64,000 bases of DNA, taken from the NCBI GenBank assembly GCA_965219415.1, contig CBDCNP010000002.1:4736001-4800000 (forward strand), in the 5' to 3' direction. Position numbers and translations under genes: made by a program. The stretch is from Candidatus Marinacidobacterales bacterium. Lineage in GTDB: Bacteria; Acidobacteriota; Vicinamibacteria; Marinacidobacterales; DATDRI01. This document shows, piece after piece, positions 53,489-64,000 of the stretch. Below the pieces are notes generated by a model. It saw only the letters and a program-made list of their open reading frames with translations, did no database searches and was not told where the DNA came from. Position 1 is the first letter of the stretch. Every line of letters starts with the position of its first letter.

Positions 53489-54953
53489 CATATCTGGACT
53501 CCTCTAGTCACGCCCCTTTCTTTCTAGTCACGCCCCTTTCTTTCTAGTCACGCCCCTTTCTTAATAAATCTTCCATCGAAGCTGCGCATCCATCGCGTCG
53601 TGACGAGTGGGTCAGACTGCAAACGTATCTTCGGCCTCAGTGAGGAGCGTCTTGGGTGCTCCGGGCCATGATGGAAAATCCGCGCGCGAGGAGCCAATCA
53701 CTTTGAACGACCTCTTAGGGCCAGTGTTGCTATTGGCTTGACCCCGCGCCGGTCCGACCGGTACGCCATCAGTTGGATGGGTATCGTCGCAGCCTCTTTT
53801 GGAAGGGAAAAAGGAAAACACGAAAGTGGAGCCTCTAAATCTAAGCGGCCACCGGCGACTGGAATTCACTCTCGCGGGTGGAGACGGCCCAGACGATCCG
53901 GGCGAGTTTGTTGGCGACAGCAATCACGGCCTTGTTGTGTCCCCGCGAGCGGTGGACCTTCCGAGCCCAGGCGCGGAGCTTGTCGGGTGGGCTCTTGCTG
54001 ACGTTCGCCGCGCGGAGCACGGCGCGCCCGCCCTGGGTGAGGAGCATACGGAGGTAGGAGTCGCCACGCTTGGTGATGCGTCCGAGGCGGCGAATGTCGC
54101 CACTGGAGTTTTCCTTGGGAACTAGGCCGAGGTAGCTCGAGAAGCGGCGCCCCGATGGGAAGCGGCGAAGATCGCCGACGAAGCCCACGATGGCGGTCGC
54201 GGCCAGAAGTCCGATGCCGGGAATGGCGAGAAGTCGTTGGACTTCAGGAAGCTGCTTGGTGAGCGCCTTGAGCTCGTGCTCGATGCTAGCGCACTTGTCC
54301 TTGAGTTCTCGAATCTCGGAGCAGGCATCACGGAGATGCGAACGGAGCACGTCGGGCAAATCAGAATCAGCGTCTTCGACGAGTTCGAAGAGGGCGGGCA
54401 CGACGAAGTGAGCGCCCTTTGGGATGATGAATCCGAGTTCGCGCAGGAGCCCGCGTACGGCATTGATGCGTGCGGTCCGTGTGGAGAGCCATCCTGAGCG
54501 CAGGCGATGGAGCGCGGCGAGGGTGTGCTGGTGCACGGACTTGATGGGTACGGGAAGAAGCTCCTCGTTCCTGTAGGCCTCGAGCAACGCCTTCGTGTCG
54601 GCGCGGTCGTTCTTGCTCCCGCGTCGATACGGCCTCACGAGGTGAGGTGGGAGCAGGACGACGTCGTGTCCCAATCTTCGGAACGTCCTTGCCCAGAAGT
54701 GAGCCGAGCCGCAGGCTTCGAGAAGCACGGTGGCAGCGCTCTGTTTGGCAAAGAACGACACCAATTTGGGTCGACTCACACGGAGTTGCTTGGACACCTT
54801 CCCCGCTTCTCCCGAGATGGCAATCTCGAAGACGTTCTTTGCAAGATCCACAGCGATTGTCGTATCTTTCATTCGGACTCCTCCTTTTCGATGCGTATTC
54901 GACTGACTTTGGCACATCGATGCCGTCTATGTCAGTGGAGGAGTCCATTCCAT
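53489..54953 (-). mobile_element. IS1111-group element, copy 2
   Basis: Near-identical to copy 1; same target position. Confidence 0.93.
53841..54872 (-). CDS. IS110 DEDD recombinase
   Basis: Same protein sequence as 32972-34003. Confidence 0.95.
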   Translation of the reverse strand: MKDTTIAVDLAKNVFEIAISGEAGKVSKQLRVSRPKLVSFFAKQSAATVLLEACGSAHFWARTFRRLGHDVVLLPPHLVRPYRRGSKNDRADTKALLEAYRNEELLPVPIKSVHQHTLAALHRLRSGWLSTRTARINAVRGLLRELGFIIPKGAHFVVPALFELVEDADSDLPDVLRSHLRDACSEIRELKDKCASIEHELKALTKQLPEVQRLLAIPGIGLLAATAIVGFVGDLRRFPSGRRFSSYLGLVPKENSSGDIRRLGRITKRGDSYLRMLLTQGGRAVLRAANVSKSPPDKLRAWARKVHRSRGHNKAVIAVANKLARIVWAVSTRESEFQSPVAA

Positions 54954-54973
54954 CACTTGATGGCGGAAGCACC

Positions 54974-55553
54974 GCTTCGCCTTCCCGTCACCGTCGATGG
55001 CCAGAGCCGAGACCAGACTTCGATTGTAACGAAGACCCAACTCGGTGTCTTCTTGTTGCTCGCGAACGTGCGAATCTCGTCGGCTTGAAGCTCTTCGGCA
55101 GCGAAGCCAGCGATCCTTCTGTGATTGAATCGACGACACACTTGGGCTGCCTTCTCGAGCCAGCGGGCGACGGTGTTCCAGGCAATCCCTTTGATCCGGG
55201 AAATCGCGGAAATGCTGACACCCTCGACTCTGAGAGCGATGACCCCATCGAAAGTAGCTCTTCGATGTTGGAGACGGTAGTAGGGCGTGCCTTTCGTCGA
55301 AGAGAACGTCTTTCCGCACTCGCCGCACCGGTATCGACGGCGTTTCCCGGACCTGGTTCGGTAGAATCCGTGGCGAACGATGTTTCCGGAACTGACTTTG
55401 CCCCGCAACGGACATGCGAGATTGAGACATCTGCGATTCTTCACTTTGGCTCGGCCCTGACGATGAGAGAACTGTGTCTTCGGAATTCTGGTTCAAACTC
55501 TAGCACGCAGACCGGTTAGGGGCTGGCCGCCAACACTTAATTGCGGAAGCACC
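54974..55553 (-). mobile_element. 5' half of the IS1-family element
   Basis: Matches 39072-39651. Confidence 0.85.
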
Positions 55554-55870
55554 GTCCGGGCCCTAGAGTCCAGTCCCGGACCAATAATGATGATGGACAG
55601 GACGTCGGACCGCGCTGGACGGCAGTCGGACTCACGTGGGACGGTGCCGCCGTGATACGGTTGATCACCGTGCCGAGTTCATGCAGGCGGGGAGCGGGAC
55701 GCAAGCGCCGTGACGCGCGACGGCGCGGCTGAAGCAGTTCCGCCTGAACCCCGACGACTGGAAATAGCCCCATGACCATTCCGGACCCCTTGCCCTCGGA
55801 TCTGCTGCTTGACAACGCTCTGGAGCGAGCGCAGAAGGAGAAGCGGACGGTGTCGGAGTTGCTGTTCGAG

Positions 55871-56676
55871 GGTATTGTCAAGTTGACGTTGAGCGAGCGA
55901 ACCTATCGCGTCGAGCTGACTTCCTTTGCTCTCATCGGACGGCACAGGTTACCTCCTGCCAGACGATGAAAGCGCGGTCTCGTAGCTCCCGATGATGATG
56001 CGCTTGCAACAAATGCCGTCCGACGCGAAAGAGATTTTGCACGAGTCCATGCACGGTCAAGAATCGTTGCGCCTGCCCAGGAGCTTTAAACTTCCGCATC
56101 TGTCGTTCCCGTTGTCGCGTCGGTTCGTGCGAGACTTCGGCTAGGTTGTTTCTGTACTGGTCAGTGTCGTGGACGACGGACGGCATGACCTCGCGGTGAG
56201 CGGCGCTGTAGCTTCTCAGTTTGTCGGTGACCAGCTGCCAGGGCGGACGGCCTTGCCCCTTCAACAGCTTGCGGAAGAATCGTTTGGCGGCTTTCTGATC
56301 ACGGCGAGGCTGGACGAGGATATCGATTACATCACCATCTTGGTCTACCGCGCGCCAGAGGTATTGGCGTTCACCTTGTATCTTTATGAAGACCTCGTCC
56401 AGGTGCCATGTGTCACCGAGACGACCCTGCCGACGCTTCAGTCGCCGAGCGTATTCCGGCCCGAACTTAATGCACCACAGTCGGACCGCTTCGTAAGAAA
56501 CCGTGATGCCTCGCTGAGCGAGCAACTCTTCGACGTTTCGAAAGCTCACGCAGAATCGGTGGTAGAGCCAGACGGCGTGGCTGATGATTTCCGGTGGAAA
56601 TCGATAGCCGTGGTAGCTTGGCGCATCGGTCTTCATTGGACCATTCTGTCAGTCACCAGCTCAATTTGACAATACC
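55871..56676 (-). mobile_element. IS6-family element, copy 2
   Basis: GGTATTGTCAA TIRs. Confidence 0.95.
55932..56636 (-). CDS. IS6 transposase
   Basis: Same protein sequence as 24954-25658. Confidence 0.95.
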   Translation of the reverse strand: MKTDAPSYHGYRFPPEIISHAVWLYHRFCVSFRNVEELLAQRGITVSYEAVRLWCIKFGPEYARRLKRRQGRLGDTWHLDEVFIKIQGERQYLWRAVDQDGDVIDILVQPRRDQKAAKRFFRKLLKGQGRPPWQLVTDKLRSYSAAHREVMPSVVHDTDQYRNNLAEVSHEPTRQRERQMRKFKAPGQAQRFLTVHGLVQNLFRVGRHLLQAHHHRELRDRAFIVWQEVTCAVR

Positions 56677-56909
56677 CTCAAGTCCCTGAGCAAGCTCACG
56701 ATCCCAGGGAAGGCCACCCCCTGCTGTCCCATCTGGCCAAGCAAGCCGTCGACAGCTTTCGCAGTTTCGAAGAGGCACTCGTCACCGAAGACCAGGAGTA
56801 CGACGTCATCGCGCTCCCCGAGCAGCGTCGTTGGCAACCGGTACCGCGAGACTAGCGAGTTCCAAGGACTCGCGCAGTCAGACTTGTCTCATCTCATCGC
56901 CGCCGCGTC

Positions 56910-57161
56910 TTATTGCTTCGCTGTCTTCTTCGCCTTCTCTGCCGCTTTGGCTTCCCGCACCTTTGCCTTCTCCGCCGCTTTGGCCTTGGCTTCCCGCACC
57001 TTTAGCCACGCCCGGACCTCCCGCAGACGGAATTGAGACGCCACGCCGCGCCCTCTAGTGTGGACCGGCATCCCAGACCGCTCCCATTTTGTTACCATCT
57101 GTTTATCGACGCCCAAATGCTCGGCTAGTTCCGACCTCGTCAACACTCGCGCTTTGGCCAT
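56910..57161 (-). CDS. Small wHTH protein resembling the phage Nu1/terminase small subunit N-terminus
   Basis: TRSELAEHLGVDKQMVTKWERSGMP...FRLREVRAW; GGAGGAGG RBS. Confidence 0.6.
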   Translation of the reverse strand: MAKARVLTRSELAEHLGVDKQMVTKWERSGMPVHTRGRGVASQFRLREVRAWLKVREAKAKAAEKAKVREAKAAEKAKKTAKQ

Positions 57162-57356
57162 AGTCCTCCTCCAAATGGCACTGTCCCCTTCTGCATTGAA
57201 AGACGCTCCTAGGGTACTACGGTTTCCCCTTGAACGAAGGATTCCAATTCCTTTACTTCATTTCCACTCCTTTTGAAGGTAGCTCGTGTCCCGTCAATTC
57301 ATGACACTGATGGTCTATTTCAAAAGGGCCGAGTTTTGGCACAGGACGGGGAACAC

Positions 57357-58652
57357 TTAGATCGCGATGCCTTTCAATTTACGATAGAGATCGAGTGCAA
57401 ATCGGTCTGTCATTCCCGAAATGAAGTCGGTTACTCGCAACCAAGATTCGTACCGGCTAGTTACGCCTAAGAACTGATTGGGGATAAGACGGGCCAGCAT
57501 TTGGTGCCGATCTGATAATTTCGAAAGGTTCCATCCCACATGTTCTATTTCGACGACAACGGGAAGGAATAAATCCAACAGGCCGCAAATTATTTTCGAG
57601 CCCGCTATCTCGATCGTTGCATTTCGTTCTGACCAATAAATTTGTTTTCTCGCAATTGATTTCGCCTCGTCGATATTCTCCTTGTACGGAGTATCGGCAA
57701 TTAGCTCCTTTGTGTATTGCCCTCTTAATAATGCCTCTTCATTTTCTAAAAATGCTACAGATGCTGAGTTGACGAGTTCGCCAATTGCGACAGCACGTAG
57801 CTTACCTATAATTTCCGAGTTAGCCATATCCGACGAAAAGCTTGCCACTTTCGCAATAGGACTCAACAAATCTCTTGCTTCATCAAAAGTGAGATACCCA
57901 AGCGCAAAACCATCTTCTATGTCGACAATCGCGTAGCAAATGTCGTCCGCCGCCTCCACGAGAAACGCGAGCGGATGACGGCACCAGTAGTGCAGTTGCA
58001 TGCTACGCTCTATTAGACCCACCCCGGAAGCAATTTGTTCGAAATAGCTTCGTTCGGATTCAAAGAAACCAAACTTCTTCCCGCCGATATATGAATCATT
58101 GGAGATCGGATGGGTCACAGACGAGCGAGGGTATTTCGCAAATGTGCCAAGTACGGCGTAGGTCAACTGCAGCCCACCAGACCAACGGTGATTTTCGAGC
58201 TGCGTCAGAATACGAAAGCCTTGAGCATTGCCTTCAAAATATTTTAAGTCATTCTTTTCACGTCTTTCATATCCCGCCCAAATATCGTCGACGATTGTCC
58301 TGAAGAATTAAACCATTCGCCTACTGTATCTTCCCCACTATGGCCGAATGGAGGGTTGCCGATGTCGTGGGCGAGACAGGCTGCTTGCACGATGTCCCCG
58401 AACGTATCGGGGGTTATCTGAGGATTGCCCAGTTTGACCGCGATCTTCGTTCCAATGATCGTACCCATAGACCTGCCAACCGATGCAACCTCGATACTAT
58501 GGGTCAGCCTCGTACGAACGTGATCGTTGTCGGATAGAGAGTGTACCTGTGTCTTGTGAGCAAGCCGTCTAAACGCAGCGGAGAAGACTACGCGGTCGAG
58601 ATCCTGTTGGAACGGGCTGCGCCCCGGTTGTGATTCGGCAGCTGGACGGCGT
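57357..58652 (-). pseudogene. dgt: dGTP triphosphohydrolase, frameshifted near 58255 and 5'-cut by IS
   Basis: FRRLAHKTQV, RTRLTHSIEV, AHDIGNPPFGH, FEGNAQGFR, EAADDICY, DFISGMTDRFA. Confidence 0.9.
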
Positions 58653-59929
58653 TGTGCATCGTCAAAACTGCTCCGCCCACGAAATCAAGGACTTACGCTC
58701 CGCTTGAATTCCGGGCCGAAGACGGCGAAACTCCGCCGCTATGCTCGACGTTGTTGTCTTCCTCGTCTCACTTGGCGTCCGTGTCATTCGGGCGATGTGT
58801 CGGCGCCGCGCCGACCTGGTGTTGGAGAACGTCGCTTTGCGGCAGCAAGTGACGGCGCTGAAGAAAGAGCGCCCACGCCCACCGCTCGAAGACACGGAAC
58901 GGGCTTTCTGGGTTGCTCTTCGAGGTTCGTGGCCCGTGTGGGCGAGCCGCCTGCTCATCGTCCACGCGGACACCGTGGCCCGTTGGCATCGCGACCGATT
59001 CCGACGGTACTGGGCAAAGATCTCGCAGCGCCGCCATCCCGGTCGGCCTCGGATTGATGCCGAGATTCGCCGCCTCGTCCGCACGATGGCGCAAGACGGC
59101 TGGGGGGCGCCACGCATCCATGCTGAGCTCACCAAACTCGGTTTCATCATCTCCGAGATTACGGTGTCGCGATACCTGCCGCGGCGTCCCGCGGAGCCCG
59201 ACCAGCTGAAGCGATGGATGGCTTTCTTGCGCAACCATAAAGACGATATCGCCGCCATGGATCTGTTCACCGTGCCCACCGCGTCGCTCCGGCTGCTGTA
59301 CGGCTTCTTCGTCATCGAGCACGGCCGTCGGCACATCGTTCACTTCAACGCCACCTTCCACCCGACGTCTGCTTGGGTTATTCAGCAACTGCGTGAGGCG
59401 TTTCCCTACGACACTGCTCCGAGATATCTCATCTTCGATCGCGACTTCATCTTTAACGCTGCGGTCATCGAGTTCATCAAGGCAACGGGCACAAAACCCG
59501 TTCGCACTTCGTTTCGCAGCCCATGGCAAAACGGAACCGCGGAGCGGTGGGTCGGCAGCTGCCGTCGCGAGCTCCTTGAGCACGTCGCGGTTCTCGGTGC
59601 ATGTCATCTCATCCGGCTCGTGCGAGCTTACATCAGCTACTATCATGAGGACCGTTGCCACTTGGGGCTGAACAAGGACACACCGAGCTTGAGAACGGTC
59701 ACGCACCGACCGTCTCCTACGGCGAAAGTAGTCGCACTGCCGCGAGTCGGTGGACTGCACCATCGATACGAATGGCGAGAGGCAGCCTGAGTCAGCTTGG
59801 TCGCTCGCGTTACTCGGCTGGTCGCCGAGAAGTTCGTCCTCAGCACCTTCCCTCGCGCGCTGACCAGCATGTGCTCGAGGGCGGTCTGGGCCCTAGAGTC
59901 CAGTCCCGGATTAATAATGATGATGGACA
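58653..59929 (+). mobile_element. Complete IS481-like element
   Basis: TGTGCATCGTCA...TGATGATGGACA. Confidence 0.87.
58741..59790 (+). CDS. rve/integrase-core transposase
   Basis: Near-identical to the other copies. Confidence 0.9.
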   Translation: MLDVVVFLVSLGVRVIRAMCRRRADLVLENVALRQQVTALKKERPRPPLEDTERAFWVALRGSWPVWASRLLIVHADTVARWHRDRFRRYWAKISQRRHPGRPRIDAEIRRLVRTMAQDGWGAPRIHAELTKLGFIISEITVSRYLPRRPAEPDQLKRWMAFLRNHKDDIAAMDLFTVPTASLRLLYGFFVIEHGRRHIVHFNATFHPTSAWVIQQLREAFPYDTAPRYLIFDRDFIFNAAVIEFIKATGTKPVRTSFRSPWQNGTAERWVGSCRRELLEHVAVLGACHLIRLVRAYISYYHEDRCHLGLNKDTPSLRTVTHRPSPTAKVVALPRVGGLHHRYEWREAA

Positions 59930-62900
59930 GGCCGCGTTCTCATGAACGCGGAAACGGTTCGTGAGCTCGCAATCGCTCGCGATCGGTACAGCTTCAATGG
60001 GGCCGCGTTCTCATGAACGCGGAAACCGCCGGGAAAACGGAAAGTTTTCGGTATTCAGTTTTTGTACGCTTCAATGGGGCCGCGTTCTCATGAACGCGGA
60101 AACACGTAGCCGACACTTGAAACGCATCCCCACACCGTCTGCGCTTCAATGGGGCCGCGTTCTCATGAACGCGGAAACAACGCGGGGCGTTCGACAACGC
60201 CGTTGCCTATAGTACGGGGCTTCAATGGGGCCGCGTTCTCATGAACGCGGAAACGGGGCCTTCTGGCTGCCGTACACAACGGCCTCGGGTGGCTTCAATG
60301 GGGCCGCGTTCTCATGAACGCGGAAACCCGACGCAGACGGTGCAGGACGAGACCCTGCAAGCCGGCTTCAATGGGGCCGCGTTCTCATGAACGCGGAAAC
60401 CCGGGTCCGTGCTCCTCGCAGTGCAATCCAGCACTAAAGGGCTTCAATGGGGCCGCGTTCTCATGAACGCGGAAACCTGATCAGAACGCCGAGGACAAGG
60501 AAAGTGTGGTGCGCTTCAATGGGGCCGCGTTCTCATGAACGCGGAAACAGCGTGACACCCTTCGTCACCGAGGCCGAGAAGCTGTTGGGCTTCAATGGGG
60601 CCGCGTTCTCATGAACGCGGAAACGCGAGGCCGCGACCTCGCCGGAAAGCCCAGCGCGGGTTCGCTTCAATGGGGCCGCGTTCTCATGAACGCGGAAACA
60701 AGTCTGCGCCCGTGCAGTGGCGCGAGGTCGATTTCCTCGCTTCAATGGGGCCGCGTTCTCATGAACGCGGAAACCGTTGAGGCCGAACCCACCGCCGAAG
60801 AGCAGGAAATGATGCTTCAATGGGGCCGCGTTCTCATGAACGCGGAAACTCAAACATTCAGCCGGGAGTTACTCCCATAGAGGTAGGCTTCAATGGGGCC
60901 GCGTTCTCATGAACGCGGAAACCCGTCCGAGTCTTCGACCGAACACACACTCTGGACCACGCGCTTCAATGGGGCCGCGTTCTCATGAACGCGGAAACGA
61001 GAGGTAGTCAAGCGTCATCCAGTGCTCGATCTTTTGCTTCAATGGGGCCGCGTTCTCATGAACGCGGAAACGCACTGGACAAAGACCTTCCGCGACATGG
61101 AGGAGATGACGCTTCAATGGGGCCGCGTTCTCATGAACGCGGAAACCAGACCGGCCAGACCCTGATCGATTCCCATTCCGAAGCTTCAATGGGGCCGCGT
61201 TCTCATGAACGCGGAAACAAGTCGGTGGCAGCGATGTTGTAGTCAGCGCGGATGTTGCTTCAATGGGGCCGCGTTCTCATGAACGCGGAAACCGGTCGCG
61301 GCCGTGGTCTCCGTGACGTTGGCATCGTGCGCGCTTCAATGGGGCCGCGTTCTCATGAACGCGGAAACAGAACGTCCAGGTATACACGACGGACTTTCCC
61401 GTGGTCGCTTCAATGGGGCCGCGTTCTCATGAACGCGGAAACATGGCTCCTTAACCGTGATGGCGAGTTCGTCGCCAACGCTTCAATGGGGCCGCGTTCT
61501 CATGAACGCGGAAACAAGCTCTTCAAGTCGCGCAACCCTCTGGAGTGGGAGATGGTGCTTCAATGGGGCCGCGTTCTCATGAACGCGGAAACAGGTCAAC
61601 AACGCTTATCGTACGGAGCGCGGGGCGTTCGAGCTTCAATGGGGCCGCGTTCTCATGAACGCGGAAACGAGATAGCGGGGCGCGAAGCTGCGGAAGAAAC
61701 CCGGCTTCAATGGGGCCGCGTTCTCATGAACGCGGAAACGGGAACATCATCGCCATAGGCGACCTACCTGCAAGTAAGTTGCTTCAATGGGGCCGCGTTC
61801 TCATGAACGCGGAAACGTAATGAAACCAATGTGGGCGTGGGCCATGCAAGCGTGCTTCAATGGGGCCGCGTTCTCATGAACGCGGAAACGCGCTCGTAAT
61901 CAACCTGAGCCTCAATCTGGCCGCGTGGCTTCAATGGGGCCGCGTTCTCATGAACGCGGAAACGTACATGCACGCTCTGATGGGCTTCTAGATGGGCGAC
62001 GAAGCTTCAATGGGGCCGCGTTCTCATGAACGCGGAAACTTGTCATGATGAGAGCATAATACAGCATAATTTCTATGCTGTGCTTCAATGGGGCCGCGTT
62101 CTCATGAACGCGGAAACTAGGACCGGTGCAGCGAGCGTATGAACCTGGGGCCATGATGCTTCAATGGGGCCGCGTTCTCATGAACGCGGAAACGCCGGAA
62201 GTGGTGAACGATGGCCCGGATAAGGAGCGAGCTTCAATGGGGCCGCGTTCTCATGAACGCGGAAACGTCTAATCTTCATGCTTCACCATGTCAGATTCAC
62301 GCGCTTCAATGGGGCCGCGTTCTCATGAACGCGGAAACAGGCGAGACGCCTTGCAACCGGCCCCCCGACCCCGAATCGCTTCAATGGGGCCGCGTTCTCA
62401 TGAACGCGGAAACAGGACTTCGAAAGCTCGTTACGGGTCGGTAAGGAAAGGCTTCAATGGGGCCGCGTTCTCATGAACGCGGAAACAGGAAGGGCGTTGC
62501 CTCCGGAGCCGTAGACTTGCACCACGCTTCAATGGGGCCGCGTTCTCATGAACGCGGAAACTACTCAAGAATTGTCACCGCCGAATTGTGGCTGCCTGGC
62601 TAGCTTCAATGGGGCCGCGTTCTCATGAACGCGGAAACCGAACTGAACATCTGGTGCGGCGGGACGCTGCACACCTAGCTTCAATGGGGCCGCGTTCTCA
62701 TGAACGCGGAAACCTCACGCCGCCCGGTTCCCGACGCGCTCTGATTGAACAGCTTCAATGGGGCCGCGTTCTCATGAACGCGGAAACCCGATTGAGCGCT
62801 CCGAGCCCGCCGTTGTAGGAGCTGAGCATGCTTCAATGGGGCCGCGTTCTCATGAACGCGGAAACCCTCAAAAGCAAGTGTGTGCTGTAGCCGGTTCGGG

Positions 62901-64000
62901 TCGCTTCAATGGGGCCGCGTTCTCATGAACGCGGAAACGTCAGTTTCCTTCGACATATTGCGGCGAATGCTCCGCTTCAATGGGGCCGCGTTCTCATGAA
63001 CGCGGAAACAAATTTAACTTTCTCCCCTTGAGTGGGTGGAGGGCTCGCTTCAATGGGGCCGCGTTCTCATGAACGCGGAAACGCTCACCCAGCTTGTCGA
63101 CGTCTCCGCCGGCTAGCTCGCTTCAATGGGGCCGCGTTCTCATGAACGCGGAAACCGGCACGGGAAGCACGACGGCGATTCGCGGAAGCTTTGCTTCAAT
63201 GGGGCCGCGTTCTCATGAACGCGGAAACCGGAAAAAAGAGTAGGTCTCATCATCCTCGCTATTCGGCTTTCGCTTCAATGGGGCCGCGTTCTCATGAACG
63301 CGGAAACAACTCGTGACCGTCATCTCCGGGTGGACGGATGCCACGCTTCAATGGGGCCGCGTTCTCATGAACGCGGAAACGCTTCGCGGGGCTTCGCTCG
63401 AGTTCATCCCTAAAAATGCTTCAATGGGGCCGCGTTCTCATGAACGCGGAAACGCTCGACCGCGTCCGCGTCCTGGGCCTGGAGGCCTCGGCTTCAATGG
63501 GGCCGCGTTCTCATGAACGCGGAAACACCGTCGGGCTGGTCGCTCAAAGGCTAGGTCGGAACGGCTTCAATGGGGCCGCGTTCTCATGAACGCGGAAACG
63601 CTGTCGCTGGGTTCTTCGGCATAAAGGCCATACTCAAGCTTCAATGGGGCCGCGTTCTCATGAACGCGGAAACACGCGGATCTTGGTGGTCTGCCCCGCG
63701 TCACTGACCAAACTTCAATGGGGCCGCGTTCTCATGAACGCGGAAACGCTTCTGCCGGTACGTTGTCAGCGGACATCGCGTCGCTTCAATGGGGCCGCGT
63801 TCTCATGAACGCGGAAACTTGAGGGACCATCCCTCAAACCTCTCTAAAGTGTTGAGCTTCAATGGGGCCGCGTTCTCATGAACGCGGAAACCCGGCGCTG
63901 AAGCTGCTTGATCCGTTCCTCGGCCGCCTCGCTTCAATGGGGCCGCGTTCTCATGAACGCGGAAACCCGATTACGAAGCCGAAGAACGAAGGCAAAGGGA
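59930..64000 (-). CRISPR. Second array, 36-bp repeat GTTTCCGCGTTCATGAGAACGCGGCCCCATTGAAGC (type I-G/I-U-like); 54 full repeats plus one truncated; continues off the window
   Basis: GCTTCAATGGGGCCGCGTTCTCATGAACGCGGAAAC on +; subtype and strand inferred from repeat style. Confidence 0.97.

Noticed and set aside
24914-56676. 32-kb composite transposon bounded by the two IS6 copies
   Set aside because: The copies are inverted and no direct or swapped 8-bp duplication is present
60999-61110. Adjacent spacers sharing TCCAGTGC/GCACTGGA
   Set aside because: Only 8 bp, and the sequences diverge immediately

Overview
A GC-rich bacterial defence and mobilome region. It holds a complete type I-C CRISPR-Cas locus (cas3-cas5c-cas8c-cas7c-cas4-cas1-cas2). 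Its array of about 105 repeats is interrupted by an IS3 element and cut off mid-spacer, and a further 10-repeat block lies inverted nearby. A second, type I-G-like array (54 full repeats) runs off the right edge. Between the arrays lie about 40 kb in which short gene segments are joined by a dense mosaic of IS ends, MITEs and chimeric mini-elements from IS481-like, IS1, IS3, IS6, IS5, IS21 and IS110 families. Intact genes there include ppk1, lgt, a dienelactone hydrolase, an ankyrin lipoprotein, an SGNH hydrolase, a YfhO-like protein and a phosphatase/ADP-ribosylglycohydrolase fusion; many others are truncated. None of the complete elements whose flanks I compared shows a clean target-site duplication. 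The best-supported novel observation is that two copies of an IS1111-group IS110 element sit at the same base inside the terminal inverted repeat of an IS1-family element or MITE. Empty sites are present in the window, and the element's 3' non-coding region carries readable bridge/seekRNA-type guides matching both that target and its own circle junction. Coordinates and counts were read by eye and may be off by a few bases; no database searches were run.
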